A stretch of 64,000 nt of DNA from the human T2T-CHM13v2.0 reference genome, Homo sapiens. Positions 31,601-49,381 of this stretch are shown one piece after another; within the stretch, counting starts at the first letter, position 1; each line of letters starts with the position of its first letter. Made by a program: the position numbers and the translations under genes. The DNA lies in assembly GCF_009914755.1 (NCBI RefSeq), contig NC_060931.1; one strand, given 5' to 3'. The notes under the pieces are model-generated. The model searched no databases. It had not been told where the DNA came from and was given only the letters and a program-made list of their open reading frames with translations.

Positions 31601-34286
31601 GTAATACATGTTCATTGAAAAAAAAAAAGACAAACAGAAAAGTGCGAAAGTAAGTGAGCATCATTCGTTACTCCATCATCATGACATGCACACCCACATA
31701 CACCCACACACATTATATTACAAAACTGAGATCATACTGGTAATAAATACCTCTTGGGTACCTGCACAATAATCTTCTTATTTTGGGAACATCTCAATAA
31801 TCAAAGTTGGGTGGGTCTTCAGAATCATGTTTATGTTGTTTGATGAGCCAAAGATAATTGGTTTTGGTAGACATTTGATCCAGTCTAGACCAATCTAGAT
31901 CAATTCTCCCAAAAAATTTGGAAATTTTTTTTGTGCAATGGTCACTGAAGCTATTCTGGTTTCTTCCCTTTCCTCATTCTTAGTTATTTCATTTGTTCTT
32001 CAATGCTAATCCAAGAAATAGCATAGTATCTTCCTAGTAAATCCATCTACCTTGCCTTGACTTTTTCCTCTTCCTTCTTTTATCTTTCTGTTTATGCTAG
32101 CTAGAATCAGTTCTTCTTGCTTACAACCTGAAGAAGCTTAATACATACAATATCATATTTATTGCTTCATAGCCTTCTCCCACTTAATAATATGTTCCCA
32201 TGTCCATAGATGCAGAGACCCAGGTTCATGTCTAATGGCTGTGTAGCATTCCACTGTATGGATGTACCATATTTATATAACTGGAAGAAAACAATTTTCA
32301 GCTCTTAATTCTGAAACCATTGTCTAGAAATTAAAAGTTCTTTTTTTTTAATTTATGGACAACCTGCAGCAAATATTATTTTATACTCATCTCTTTGTAC
32401 TTGTTTTATTATTCCTTGTGACAAATTCTAGAAGTGAAATTAATAGATCAAGGAGTTTGTATATTTAAAAATTTTATGTTTATTACCAGATTGCCTTCCA
32501 GAAAAATTGCACCAATTTATACTACCAATAAAAGAGTGTGAGCAACCAACCTAGATATTATAGATCTTTCTGTTTATTGGCAATATGATGGAAGATAACT
32601 TAAAAAATGGCAATATATTTTTCATTTTGTCTGTAATATACTTCTCAAGAAGTTTCAAGAAGAACATACAGTTATTATGAAGGCAAAACTCACCCCAAAT
32701 CCACTACCCATTTGAGCCAACTTCCCCTCAGATACGTTTCTATGCATATATAGATAGAACAGGTTATTTTAGGTAAATAAGAGTTTTTTAAAGAAACAAA
32801 ATACATTAGACACATTAGAAACACCCAGCTTAGATAATCATTCCCGAGTTCTCCCTCCTGTTAGAGGTAGCCACTATCTTCAGTGTGGTGTTTATAATTT
32901 TAATGCGTGTTTCTATAGATGTGTAACCATGAATAACATATACTTTTTTTTACCTATTTTAAAATTATATGCTCCTTCATATGGTAACTTGCTTTTTTTT
33001 TAACTAAATATTATATTTTTAAGATCTATCAATGTTGATAGATAAAGCTCTAGTTTATTCATTTTAACTGCGGTATATTATTTTGTTGTTTTGACTTACT
33101 CCATGTTTTAAAATATACATTTTCTATTATCTATTGATAATTAGGAATTCTTTATATATTCTAGTTATTTGTGACACAAGTATCTTCTTTTAGTGTACAG
33201 CTTATCAAATCACTGCATTTTGTCATTAATTGAATGCCTTTTAATCTTAATTGTTCATTTTGTGTGTCTTGTTTATCTCTAAATTCTAAAGACACAATAT
33301 AATGTTTTCTTCTGAAAGTTTTGAAGTTTTGTTTTTCACAGTTAGATTTTTAACTCAGCTGAAGTTGATTTTTGTGAATGGTATAAGGTATAATTTGGAC
33401 AACTAACTGTCCCAACTCCTGTTGATTAGTGAGTCTTCTCCTTGTGGATTGGTAAAGCCACAACTATCATATATCAAGGTCTGTGTCTGCACTTAACTTA
33501 TTTTGCTCTATCAGTCTGTTTCTTTCTCTGTGTTAATGCCATACCGTCTTAATTGCTATAATTTTCTAAGTCTCTTATTTGATAAGATAAATCTTCCCAA
33601 CTCTGTTCTTCAAACAATCTTAACTCTCCTGGCCCTTTGTGTTTTCTTATAAATTTTAGGATCGACTTGTCAAATTTAGTTAAAAAGCCTATTGTGATTT
33701 TGACTGAATTGTATTGGCTTGAATTGGCATCTTTAAGATATTGAGTCTTCACATCAATGAACATGCTATATAACACTCTGTTTAATTAGGAGTTTTATGT
33801 TTGCTAACAATGCATCATAATTTTTCTCCCAGTAGGTTTTACACATATTTTGTTAGATTTCTCCTTCCCCATCCCCTGAGATTCTTACCATTTTTAGGGC
33901 CGTTGTATAGGGAATCCTTTTTTGGATGAATATTTTCTAATTTGTTATTTGTGTATCTACCAAAAGGCTATTGATTTTTCTGTGTTGCTCTTGCATCCAA
34001 CATCTTACTGAATTTTTTATTAAATAGCATATATATAGATTCTTTTTTATATTCTATGTGGATAATCTTAACATCTGCAAACAAAGATGGTTTTCTCTCT
34101 GCTTTCAGTTCTTACTCCTCTTGTTTCTCTTAAGAATACTTTTTAAGAATGCTTTATTACATTAGCTAGAACCTACAGAAAATATTAAATGGCAGAAATA
34201 ATAATGGGATTATTGTGCTATTCCTGACTTTAATGGAAATGTCTCTAATATTTTACCACTAAATATGACGTTTGCTGTAGGCTTTC

Positions 34287-34744
34287 TGTTGTGGTTTGAA
34301 TAGTGCTCCCCCAAAAGATACGTTGAAGTCCTAACTCTGGATACCTGTGAATGTGACTTTATTTGGAAATATGGTCTTTGCAGATGTAATCAAGTTAAGA
34401 TTAGGCCATATTGGGTTAGGGTGGGTTCTAATCCAATGACAGATGTCCTTATAAGAGAGAGATTTGGACACAGGCACACACACAAAGGAAGAACACCACA
34501 TAACTATGGAGGCAAAGCTTGCAGTGACGCATCTACAAGCCAAGGAAAGCCAACAAGTGCTGGCAGCCACCAGAAGGGAGGAAGAGGCGAGGAAGACACC
34601 TCGCCTAGAGACCCCAGAGAAAGCTGGTTCTTCTGACACCTTGATTCAAACTTCTAGCTTTCAGAATTGTGAGAATAAATTTCTGTTGCTTTAAGCCACT
34701 CAGTTTGTGGTAATTTGGCACAGCTGCCCTAAGAAATGAATACA
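34287..34744 (+). mobile_element. MLT1B/C MaLR solo LTR
   Basis: tgttgtggtttgaat...gtgagaataaatttctgttgctttaagccac...aaatgaataca; TSD ctttc/ctttt. Confidence 0.88.
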
Positions 34745-35299
34745 CTTTTGCTATGTACTTGATATTAAGGATATTTTCTTTTATTCCTAATTTGTAAAGG
34801 GACTTTATTTTTTCATAAATGTGTGTTAAATGCTATGCTTTTTAATCATATTGTTTTTTCATTCATCAGTGTTAAGTATATTTTATTATGTAACTTCATT
34901 TTCTCATATTGAAATATTCTTGTATAACTAGGATAAACTGATGAATTAAATTTGATTGGTGGTCTTTTATTTTATATTGACATTTATAAACTTCATTTTC
35001 CTTATATTTTTGTGCACATATTTATAAATGAGTATGGCCTTTAATTTCTTACAATATTTTGGATCAAAACAATATAATAGATTTTTGTCTTTTTCTACTC
35101 TCTGATACAACTTGTGTAAGACAGACATTATTTGTCCTCAAGGTAGGTAAACTTGCCTGTAAAACCATATGGGCCTGGGGTCTTTTTTTTTCTTTCAGGA
35201 ATTGAGGGTTATGGGGAAACTTTTGGTTACTAATGCAATTTATTAAACAATTATTGATTTTTGTCAGGATTTATCTTTATTATCTCTCTTTTCTATTTT

Positions 35300-35760
35300 G
35301 CTAAGATGAGATTTTGCTCTGTTGCTCAGGCTGGAGTGTAGTGGTATGGTCATAGCTCACCGCAGCTTCAAACTCCTGGGCTCAAGCAATTCTCTTGCCT
35401 TAGCCTTCTATGTAGCTGGGACTATAAATGTGTGCCACCACTCCTGGCTAAGATTTATATTTATTTAAAAAATTGTTTTGAGACAGGGTCTTGCTCTGTT
35501 GTCCAGGCTGGAGTGCAGTGGCTGCCATCATGGCTCACTGCAGCCTTGACCTCCCAGGCTCAAGCAATCCTCCCACCTCAGCCTCCCAAGTAACTGGGAC
35601 TCCAGGCATGTACCACCATGCCTGGCTAATTTTTCATTATTTGTAGAGATGGAGACTCCCTATGTTGCCCAGGCTGGTCTCAAACTCCTGGGTTCAAGGG
35701 ATCCTCCTGCCTTGGCCTCATGAAGTGCTGGGATTACAGGTGTGAGCCACTGTGTCTGGC
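35300..35760 (-). mobile_element. AluJ right monomer (35300-35450) plus AluJ (35470-35760)
   Basis: Two adjacent diverged Alu units. Confidence 0.85.
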
Positions 35761-35974
35761 TTATCTTTATTCTTGAATCAATTTTGTTATTCTTTTTTCT
35801 TTAGAAAATTATTTTATCCTACCCTTCAAATTTATTTGTATTAAAATTTATATAACATCTTCTTATGATTTAAAAAATCTATACTCTAGCCTTAGTTTTG
35901 TGTGCTTTTTTCTCTATTTTTGTTATTTCTCCCTATTTTTATTTTTTATTTATTTTTTAAAAACAGAATTTTTT

Positions 35975-38321
<2,347 letters not shown>

Positions 38322-38404
38322 TTAAAAATCATTTTTGATAGAGATTTTTCTTATTTTAAAGAACAGTTTTTAGATTGTTTATCTTCTCAATTGTCTCTTT
38401 GTTC

Positions 38405-38735
38405 TCTATTTTAATATTCTCTGTCATTTACTTTCTTCTCTCCTTCTTTTACTTGCTCTTTAATTTTTAATTTTCAATCTTTTTCTTATTTGTTTCAATC
38501 TGGATGCATGTACTTAAAGTTCTAAATTGCTCTCTAAGTACAACCTACACTGCACTCAGAAATTTTCTATTTTAATATTCTCTGTTCTTATTTACTTTCT
38601 TCTCTCATTCTTTTACTAACTCTTTGAGTTAATTTTTAATTTTCAATCTTTTTCTTATTTGCTTTGATCTTGATGAATGTACTTAAAGTTCTGAATTGCT
38701 CTCTAAGTACAACCTACACTGCACTCAGAAGTTTT
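38405..38735 (+). repeat. Diverged tandem duplication, ~160-170-bp unit
   Basis: tctattttaatattctctgt...ctctaagtacaacctacactgcactcagaa occurs at 38405-38565 and 38566-38735. Confidence 0.9.
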
Positions 38736-38859
38736 TATATACAATATTTTCATTGCAGTTTATATGAAAAGATTTTATGATTTCATTATTATGTCTTCAA
38801 CGTATGCCTAATTTAAGAGTACATTTTAAGTTTTCAAACATAGGAGCTGTTGTTTTTTA

Positions 38860-39205
38860 AGACTACCTTGGGCCTTAAAAGAAGTCTCAGCATATTTAAA
38901 AGGATTGAGATCATATAGAACATGCTCTGCAATCCAGCATAAATTGAGCAAAAAAAAAAAAAAAAAAAAAAAAAAGACAACAGAAAAAGACTCAAAATCT
39001 CTTATGTTTGGAGATCAAAAATACTCTCACAAATAATTCCTGTAGCAAAGAAAATGACAATGGAACTGGATCATAATGAACATATGACAGATCAAAACTT
39101 GTAGGATGCAGTTTAAGGACTTAAAGATAAATTATAACATTAAAATGCACATATTCTAAAATAAGGGTGAAAATCAATACACTACCTAATCACCCTTCTC
39201 AAGAT
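38860..39205 (+). mobile_element. Ancient L1M ORF2 fragment (post-endonuclease region)
   Basis: gggccttaaaagaagtctcagcatatttaaaaggattgagatcata...atcaaaacttgtaggatgcag. Confidence 0.65.
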
Positions 39206-39581
39206 GATTGGAAGCAGCAGTGGCGGCAACAAATAAGAATCTTCATTAAGATGCCTACGGGGTCGTCTTCAATGAGGGTTTGTATTTATTTCTGCTCGCT
39301 TTGCTTTCATATCTAGAGTTTTATGATTTTGCTCCTGCCTTCATCTGACCTCTCAGGCTCTTAGTCCAGGTTGAAGTCTTAGGATGGTATTTTGGGGTTC
39401 CCACTCCATGGAAATATTGGGCATGATACAAACCAGTGGCTTAATTCCTGATCATGAGGCTCTAGTTTCATCTCAGGCAGCAGATTGGTACCTTTGTTTC
39501 TTGGCCTTTTTTCATGAGCCTGGAACCCAAGTCCTCTTCTTGCCCCTGATTCCAACAGTGAAGCACAGGTCATTTTTTTTC

Positions 39582-39934
39582 TGTTATAGGCTGAATGTTT
39601 GTGTCCCTCCAAAATTCATATGTTGAAGCCCTAACCCCTAGTATGGCTATATTTGTAGTTAAGATTAATTGAGGTCATAATGGTGGGGCCCTTATAAAAA
39701 GAGACAGCAGAGAGCTTGTGTTCTCTCTTTCAACCCCGGCATGAGTGCATAGGAAAGGCCATGTGATGACATGGTAAAGAAGGCGGCTGTGTGCAAGCCA
39801 GAGGAAGAGCCCTTACCAGACACTGACCCCTGCCAGACTTGATCTGGGACTTTCAGTCTTCATAGCTGTGAAGAGATACATGTTTAAGCTACCTATATGG
39901 TATTTTGTTACAGCAGCCCAAGGAGACTGAGACA
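39582..39934 (+). mobile_element. MLT1A-type MaLR solo LTR
   Basis: tgttataggctgaatgtttgtgtccctccaaaattcatatgttgaag...gcagcccaaggagactgagaca. Confidence 0.85.
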
Positions 39935-40879
39935 CCTTCCTTTGAGAGACGGAGCCATTTGCCACCCCTCCTGCTTTTGGGCTTCGTAGCCTGTATCTTC
40001 TGTCCTCAGCCCTGATCACTTTGCATTGCAACAGCTCCATAGAGACATTTATCTTATTTTTGAATCTATGACTTCTAGTTTTTTTCTTCTTGCATAGTTT
40101 GTCTATTGTCAGGTGAGCTAGGGGGTATATCATAGTGTGAGCATACTGTTTGAGATCCTAGTGTTTTTCAGTAAGGAAGAATCACAAGGAGACAGATGTA
40201 CCATTAAATTTGCCCTAGAAATCGGTAAGTGTCAAAGGCCTGACTAAATTGCTTTTTTTTTTTTCCTTGTAGGGATAAGTATTTAGAATCAACTGGTTAC
40301 TGCTTCATAGTTACTAATTCGCCTGAGGCTTCTCTACTGACCTGTGCTTTCCAGACTGTCCTTGGGGAGGGCTGTCAGCCATGTTTTCACTGGGGGATGA
40401 AACACCCCCTAGTCTACTGATACCAGCGTCTCTCCAAACTTAGCTCACTCTGGCTCTTTGTGTTTTTCCACCCATGTGACCTACACCTCCAGGCTTCACC
40501 TGGCCAAGCAAACATGGCTAAGTTGCATCTTTTCTGTGCACAGAAATGAGATGTAAGTTGGGCAACAAACCCACAGTGATATATTTGTTTGCAAACGTGT
40601 TAAAAGATGCTCCTAGACATGATATGGAACTCTTGGTTTTCTCTTGCTGCTCACTCCATGGTGACTGTTTAGCTTGGAGAGGCAAACTTATTTGCAGGCT
40701 CTATAACATTGTTGATATGGAGACTTTTCCTAACATTGCCTCTTTATATTTCTCATTGCTATAGGATTATATAGTTGCATCTGTGGGTTTCAGCGTGTGG
40801 CGTTAAAGTTTAACAAACCAAGAAGCAAATGGAACAAATGACTGCAGATGCATTTCTCGTGGCTTTAAGGGGGCTGTGT

Positions 40880-41240
40880 AGTAAGATTGAAATATGATGG
40901 GCTTTGAGGTGGTTCAAATCTCATTCATGTACCCATTAACTGTATGACCTTGGACAAGGTCTGTGGGCTTAACTTTTGTGAGCACACCTATACAAAGAAT
41001 ACTACAATGCATATTCACAAGGTTAGTGTGAGAGTTAAATACATGGAAAGCACCCAGCCTGTGCCTGGAGGTGCTCAGAATATATTCGTTTCCTTCCCTC
41101 CTTTCTCTGATTATTCAGCTAGTTGCCAGACTCTAGCAAAGTCGCCCCACCTCACTGCACCTTGTCTTTCTAGTGTTCCGTGAAAAACATGCAAAGTCAG
41201 TGGTTTGGCGACTCAGATGTTCTTCTAACTCTGTAATGCT
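40880..41240 (+). mobile_element. MIR fragments
   Basis: ttaactgtatgaccttggacaag; aaagcacccagcctgtgcctgg; ttcttctaactctgtaatgct. Confidence 0.5.
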
Positions 41241-43299
41241 GGGAGTCTGTGATGCAACAGCTGCTGTTCAGGCTACTTAGGCAGTTTTTCTGGTTTGTCC
41301 ATCCTCCCTGCCATGCCCATCCCTGCCATGATTAATTGCTTGGCTAAGGAGTCATGCAGCTGTTTATGACTAGGTTGATTAGGGGAAAAGTAAAGATCAT
41401 TTTTAAAAGCCTTAAAGGGACAATAGAGTGGCTTAGAACCTGCCAGAATAGGGGGTGAAATTTGAAGTTGCTGAACACACCAATGGGAACAATCCCTTTT
41501 CCATCTGAGAAGGCTGACTGCGTGACTGCGTTTCTGCTCTTAGAAAATTCACTGCAAGGAAAAGGGTAAAGAGTGGATTTGCTGGCTCAGGCAATTTTAA
41601 ACCCTGGAAAAGCTATAGAAAAGCTTTCCTTTGACACCATCCCACCTCCTATTTTTGTGTCGTTTCTTTCCTTCCCTTCATTCTGTCCTGTGTGGTATCC
41701 CATAGACCTGACTTCCCCATTTCTCACAAAATCTACCTCTTCTTCCCGCAGATCAAGTGCTGTCTTGGTACCTGACTGTCAGAAGGCTGACAGGGGAAAA
41801 TAGGTTTGAGAAATCAATTCAGAAGCAGGCTTCTCTCTATAAGGTTATGTGCAAACTCTTCTAGGGGCCTTTGCACGCTAAAGGAATTGCTTCTTAATGT
41901 AATCATACATTTAATTGGGTTAGGTTATTCTATGCAAATTGTAAAAAGAATTAATGGTACAATGTGACTGCCTTAAGAAGCTGTATAATTTCAGGCTTCA
42001 TTAATATGAACACATACCAAGGAGGAGGTGTAAATCCCAATCTGACTCCATGGGGATCAGGCTTCCTGGGGTCTTTACATGTAGTTCTGGGCTTCTCTCT
42101 TTAAGAGGCACCTAGACATAATGGGATACATTTGGTTCAGGGAAGAGTGAAGAGCAGAGGGAGGTCTACCTTCCACTCTCAAGTGGAATGCCTTTTAGGA
42201 AAGGGGAAGACCTCTTCAATAGCATGGTGCCAAGAGGAAGAAATAGGAACAATGGGTGAAAAGTACAGGGACTTTTTTTGCCCAGTATGAAGATGGCAAT
42301 GTTTGAGTCAGAGCTGCCCAAAGATGCCATGGGCTGTCAGGGGGCAGCTCTCAAGGAGATTCCAGCCCATATGAGTGACCAGACCTGTTCTCCTTTCCAT
42401 CTCTTCCAGCCCAGATCACCAAGGCTCTCCAAGAGTGAAACCCCAGGGATCATTCTGTGGCTGGAGATGATTCTTGGAGTGGGGAAAATTTCCTCCCAGG
42501 GATTTGCATCATATTCCCCAGGCAGGTACAAAGCTGAGCCCTGGACAGAGCTGGTATTATTCAGATGAGAAGAAATAAGTGATTTCCAGGGGCCAAGGCT
42601 TTATTTCTCACATTGACATAACATTCCAGCTGTGGGAAATAGACATTTCACTGATTTACTGTGGTGGTAGCTCTCTGCAGCTCCTGAATGCTTATGGGTA
42701 TGAATCATTTTTTATTTTGTCTCTATGGACTGAATCCCTAGCAAGATAAGGAGGCATTTTGCCAAATCCAGATATGCTGTTTAGGTGATGGAATACATTT
42801 AAATTTTTTGAGGATTAAATTAATTTTTCTGACCTAGATAATCCCTCTCTTCCAAAGAAAACTATTCTGGAAGATTTATAGAAGGTATTCAAGGATATTT
42901 GGATCTTAGGCAAGTTTGACTTAATCTTACCTGTTCTAGTAGAGCTTTAGGAATTACATTTTCTATAAACTAACAAGAAATGAGAGAAAGTAGTACTTGA
43001 TATACACTTTTGACTCTCTCACATCCCAGAAACTTAAAGACCAGCAGTTTTATGAGCTGTATTTTATAAGCTCTGTATATCCAATTGTGTTCCTTTCTTC
43101 TTTCTTTATATTTTAAAATTAGAATTCTTTCCTTTCAGAATCAAAATTGGTGTTCAATAAATCATTATTTACAACAATGCTATACAAAGCTTTCTAAATT
43201 GCTAATGACTCAAATAAATGATAGTACAGCAAGTATATAAAATCAAATATGTAGATAAATCACAACTTTAAAATTCCCACTTTTCTGCTGTCCCTGAGG

Positions 43300-43730
43300 A
43301 CTGTAAATAATACTGCCATAACAAAATACCATAGGTTGCATGACTTAAACAACAGGGATTTATTTCTCAGAGTTTTGTGGGCTGGAAGTCTGAGATCAGG
43401 GTGTCAGCACGGTTGGGTTCAGGTGGAGGCCTTCTTCCTGGGTTGTAGGTGGCAATGATCTCATTGTGTCTTCACATGATGACTTCTCCTCTTTGTGTGC
43501 ATACAGAGGTACAGAGAGAGAGAGAGAAGAGAGAGGGCTTTGGGCGAAGGAGTGAACACACAGTGTCTCCTCTTAGAAGGGTGCTAATCTCATCAGACCA
43601 AGGCCCTGCCCTCGTGGCATCATCTAACCCTAATTACTTTCCAAAGGCCCCATCTCCAATACCATCACTCTAGGGGTTAGGCCTACAACATAGGAATTTT
43701 GGGAGGACACAAATATTCAGTCCATAGTAC
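43300..43730 (-). mobile_element. MLT1A-type MaLR solo LTR
   Basis: gccataacaaaataccatagg...ggacacaaatattcagtccatagta. Confidence 0.82.
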
Positions 43731-44894
43731 TTGGCATTCAGTAGTGCTTTTAAATGGAAGTACATTTAGTAATCAAACTGATTAAACGTATTTTTAAAAG
43801 GACCTATGTATAAGACATCTTATTCAGCAGTGTTTTGTATTTCTTCTTGTAGAGACCTTTCACCTCCTTGTTTAGCCGTATTCCCAGGCACTTCATTTTC
43901 TTTGTGGCTATTGTAAGTGGGATTGTGTTCTTGATTTCACTCTCAGCCTGGATATTGCTGGTGTGTAGAAATGCTGATCTTTTAAATTGATTTTGTATCT
44001 TGAGATTTTATTAAAGTTGTTTATCAATTCGATGAGCCCTTTGGCAGTCTTTAGGATTTTCTAGGTATAGAATCATATCATGAGCAAAGATAGTTTGACT
44101 TCTTTTCCTATTTGGATGCCTTTTATTTCTTTCTCTTGCCTGATTGCTCTGGCTAGGACTTCTAGTACTATGTTGGATAGGAGTGGTGAGACTGGGCATC
44201 CTTGTCTTCTTCCAGTTCTCAAAGGGAATGGTTTGAGCTTTTGCCCATTCAGTATGATGTTGGCTGTGGGTTTGTCATAGATGGCTCTTACGATTTTGAG
44301 GTACGTTCCTTCAATGCCTTGCCTGTTGAGGTTTTTTTTTGTCATGAGGGAATGTTGCATCTTACTGAAAGCTTTGTCTGCTAAAAGAAATCAGAGATGA
44401 CACAAATAAATGGAAAAAATATTCCTTGCTCATGGATTGAAAGAATCAATATCATAAGAATGGCCACATTGCCCAAAACAATTTTCAGATTCAATGCTAC
44501 TCCTATCAAACTATCAATGTGATTTCTCACAGAATTAGAAAAAACTATTCTAAAATTCATATGGAACCAAAAAAGAGCCCAAATAGCCAAAGCAATCCTA
44601 AGCTAAAAAAACAAAGCCAGAGGCATCACACTACCTAACTTCAAAGAATACCCTAAAGCCACAGTACCCAAAACAGCTTTGTACTGTTACAAAAACACAT
44701 AGGCCAATGGAACAGAATAGAAAACTCAGAAATAAAGCCATACCTATGACCATCTAATCTTTGACAAGGCCAGCAAAAACAAGGAATGGTCAAAGGACTC
44801 CCTTTTCAATAAATGGTGCTGGAATAACTGGCTAGCCATATGCAGAAGATTAAGGCTGGAACCCTGTCTTTCACCATATACAAAAATTAACTCA

Positions 44895-45040
44895 GGCCCG
44901 GCTTGGTGGCTTACACCTGTAATCCCAGCAATTTGGGAGACTGAGGTGGGAGGACTGCTTGAGCCCAGGAGTTTGAGACCATCTAGGGCAACATAGCGAG
45001 AGCCCTTTTTAAAAACAACAACAAAAACAAAGACAAAACC
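44895..45040 (+). mobile_element. FLAM_C/AluJ monomer
   Basis: Monomer with A/C tail inside L1. Confidence 0.85.
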
Positions 45041-46169
45041 CTCAAAATGTAAGACTCAAATTATAGAAATCCTGGAGGACAACCTAGGAAATATTCTTCT
45101 TGACATTGGCCTTGGCAAAGAATTTTTGGCTAAGTCCCCCAATGCAATTGCAACAAAAACAAAAATACAAGTGGGACCTAATTAAAGTAAAAAGCTTCTT
45201 TCTGCACAGCAAAAGAAACCATCAACAGAGTAAACAGACAACTTACAGAATGGGAGAAAATATTCACAAACTATGCATCCAACAAAGGCCTAATATCCAG
45301 AATCTATAGGGAGCATAAACAAATCAACAAGCGAACACCAAATAATCCCATTAAAAAATGGACGAAGGACATGAACAGTTACTTCTCAAAAGAAGACATA
45401 CAAGCTGTCAACAAATATATAAAAAATGCTCATCATCACTAATCATCAAAGAAATGCAAATCAAAACCACAATGAGATACCATCCCATGCTGGTCAGAAT
45501 GGCTATTATTAAAAAGTCAAAAAATAATAGATGCTGGTGAGGCTGTGGAGAAAAGGCACTACTTCTATACTGTTGGTGGGAATGTAAATTAGTTCAGCCA
45601 CTGTGGAAACAGTCTGGAGATTTCTCAAAGAACTTAAAACAGAGCTACCATTTGACCTAGCAATCCCAATACTGAGTATATACCCCAAAGAAAACAAATC
45701 ATTCTACCAAAAAGACAAATGGACTTGTATGTTCATTGCTGCACTATTCACAATAGCAAAGACATGGAATCAACCCGGGTGCCCATCAATGGTAGACTGG
45801 ATAAAAAAAATGTGGTGCATATACACCATGGAATATAATGCAGCCATAAAAAAGAATGAGATCATGTCTTTTGCAGCAACATGGTTGAAGCTGGAGTCAT
45901 AATCCTGAACAAATTAATGCAGGAACAGAAAACCAAATACCACATGTTCTCACTTATGAATGGGAGCTAAGTATTGAGCACACATAGACATAAAAATGTG
46001 GGAACAATTGATACTGTATAGTACTAGAGGGTGAAGGCAGAGTGGTGAGGGGTAAAAAAACTGCCTATCAGGTACTATGCTCACTATTAGGGTGATGGAT
46101 CTATACTCCAGATCTCAGTATCACACAATGTTCTCATGTAACAAATCTACATGTGACTTCTTGTATCTA

Positions 46170-46490
<321 letters not shown>

Positions 46491-46595
46491 ATACAAAAGT
46501 TGAAAACTTTTTTAAAAACACATCTTATTCAACCTGAGGATATGTTTGTATACAATGGATTTTGAATAACTGACCTAGGTTAAGGCTAGAGGTTA

Positions 46596-47316
<721 letters not shown>

Positions 47317-47832
47317 AAGACTAGAGGTTAAGAGCCACTCTTGTGGCTTTCCCATTTCATCAGTGCAGAGAGAAGCACGCAGTTATTGGCTCCTACTTAG
47401 TACAGGTACACTGAGAGTTCTGCACCAGGGGCACGAGCATGAACAGACCATGGCTGCTGCCCGCAAAGTGCTCACATCCTGGATTGGGAGCCCCTGGAGT
47501 GCAGGTATCATGTCTGGTTTATCTCTGTGCTTTGCCAGATTACTCAGCACAGTGCCTCACATGGAGTTGCTGCTCTGTAGACATTTACTGAATGAATAAT
47601 ATGTGGCAGTTCATAGTGTTTGAGCAAGAGCTTTTTACCAAGCAGAGAAAAGGGCTTCTAATTTCCTGTGACTTCCTCTCTTAAGGTTACATTTTTTGAG
47701 CCAGACAACCCAGAAAATGTGGAAATAAGGCTCAAAATCCAGGTGGAGGCAAACGTGTAGAATGAATAATGCCTGTCTCTTTCATCCTCTTTTTCTCTTC
47801 TTATTCTGCAGAACTTTAATCTGTCCATCTAA

Positions 47833-48048
47833 GGCAAGGTCAGCTAGCATTTTCTGTAAAGGGCCAGTTAGTAAGCGTTCTAGGCTTTGGGGCCATTGGG
47901 ACTCTTCTCCTTTGAAACTACTCAACCTTGTTGTTGTAGAGATTAAGTAGCCATGGACACTAAGTAACAAATGGACATGGCTCTGTTCCAATAAAACTTT
48001 ACTTGAACAGGCACTGGGCTGATTTTGGCTACAGCCCGCTGGCTCCTG
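47833..48048. mobile_element. MER58A hAT-Charlie MITE
   Basis: ttttctgtaaagggccag...ggctctgttccaataaaacttta. Confidence 0.8.
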
Positions 48049-48398
48049 TTGTAGGGTTTGGATCCATTAGCTAGCATTCATTGAAGTCATGACAGCTACA
48101 TTTTAGCCTTTAGGTAGTGGGCCTGATCTTCAGTACTGGCTGTCTGGTTTTCTGAAGAAACTGATTGAGACGTGTTTTGAATCACACCTGAAAGCACACG
48201 ATCCAGAGGGTTGGAAAGCCATTCTGATATGCGTGACGTAGCTACAGTACCCTGACATTTACAACTCATGTGATGTTGTTTGGCAGAGACATCCATGGTA
48301 AACACTGTGTCAGTGAAGTGGTGTGGATGGGAGCTGGATTGCATTTGTTGGCAGAGTAAGTGGGAGGGGACACCACAGTGGGAGGCAGGGACAGACCC

Positions 48399-49263
<865 letters not shown>

Positions 49264-49381
49264 ATACCTCTACTCAGAGACATTTGAATAGATAAGGGAA
49301 GAAGCAGATAGGGTAGGATGTAAAGTCAATGGTTATTTTGTGTCTGGTATGAATTTCAAGTCTTCATGTTATAATGCTGTA

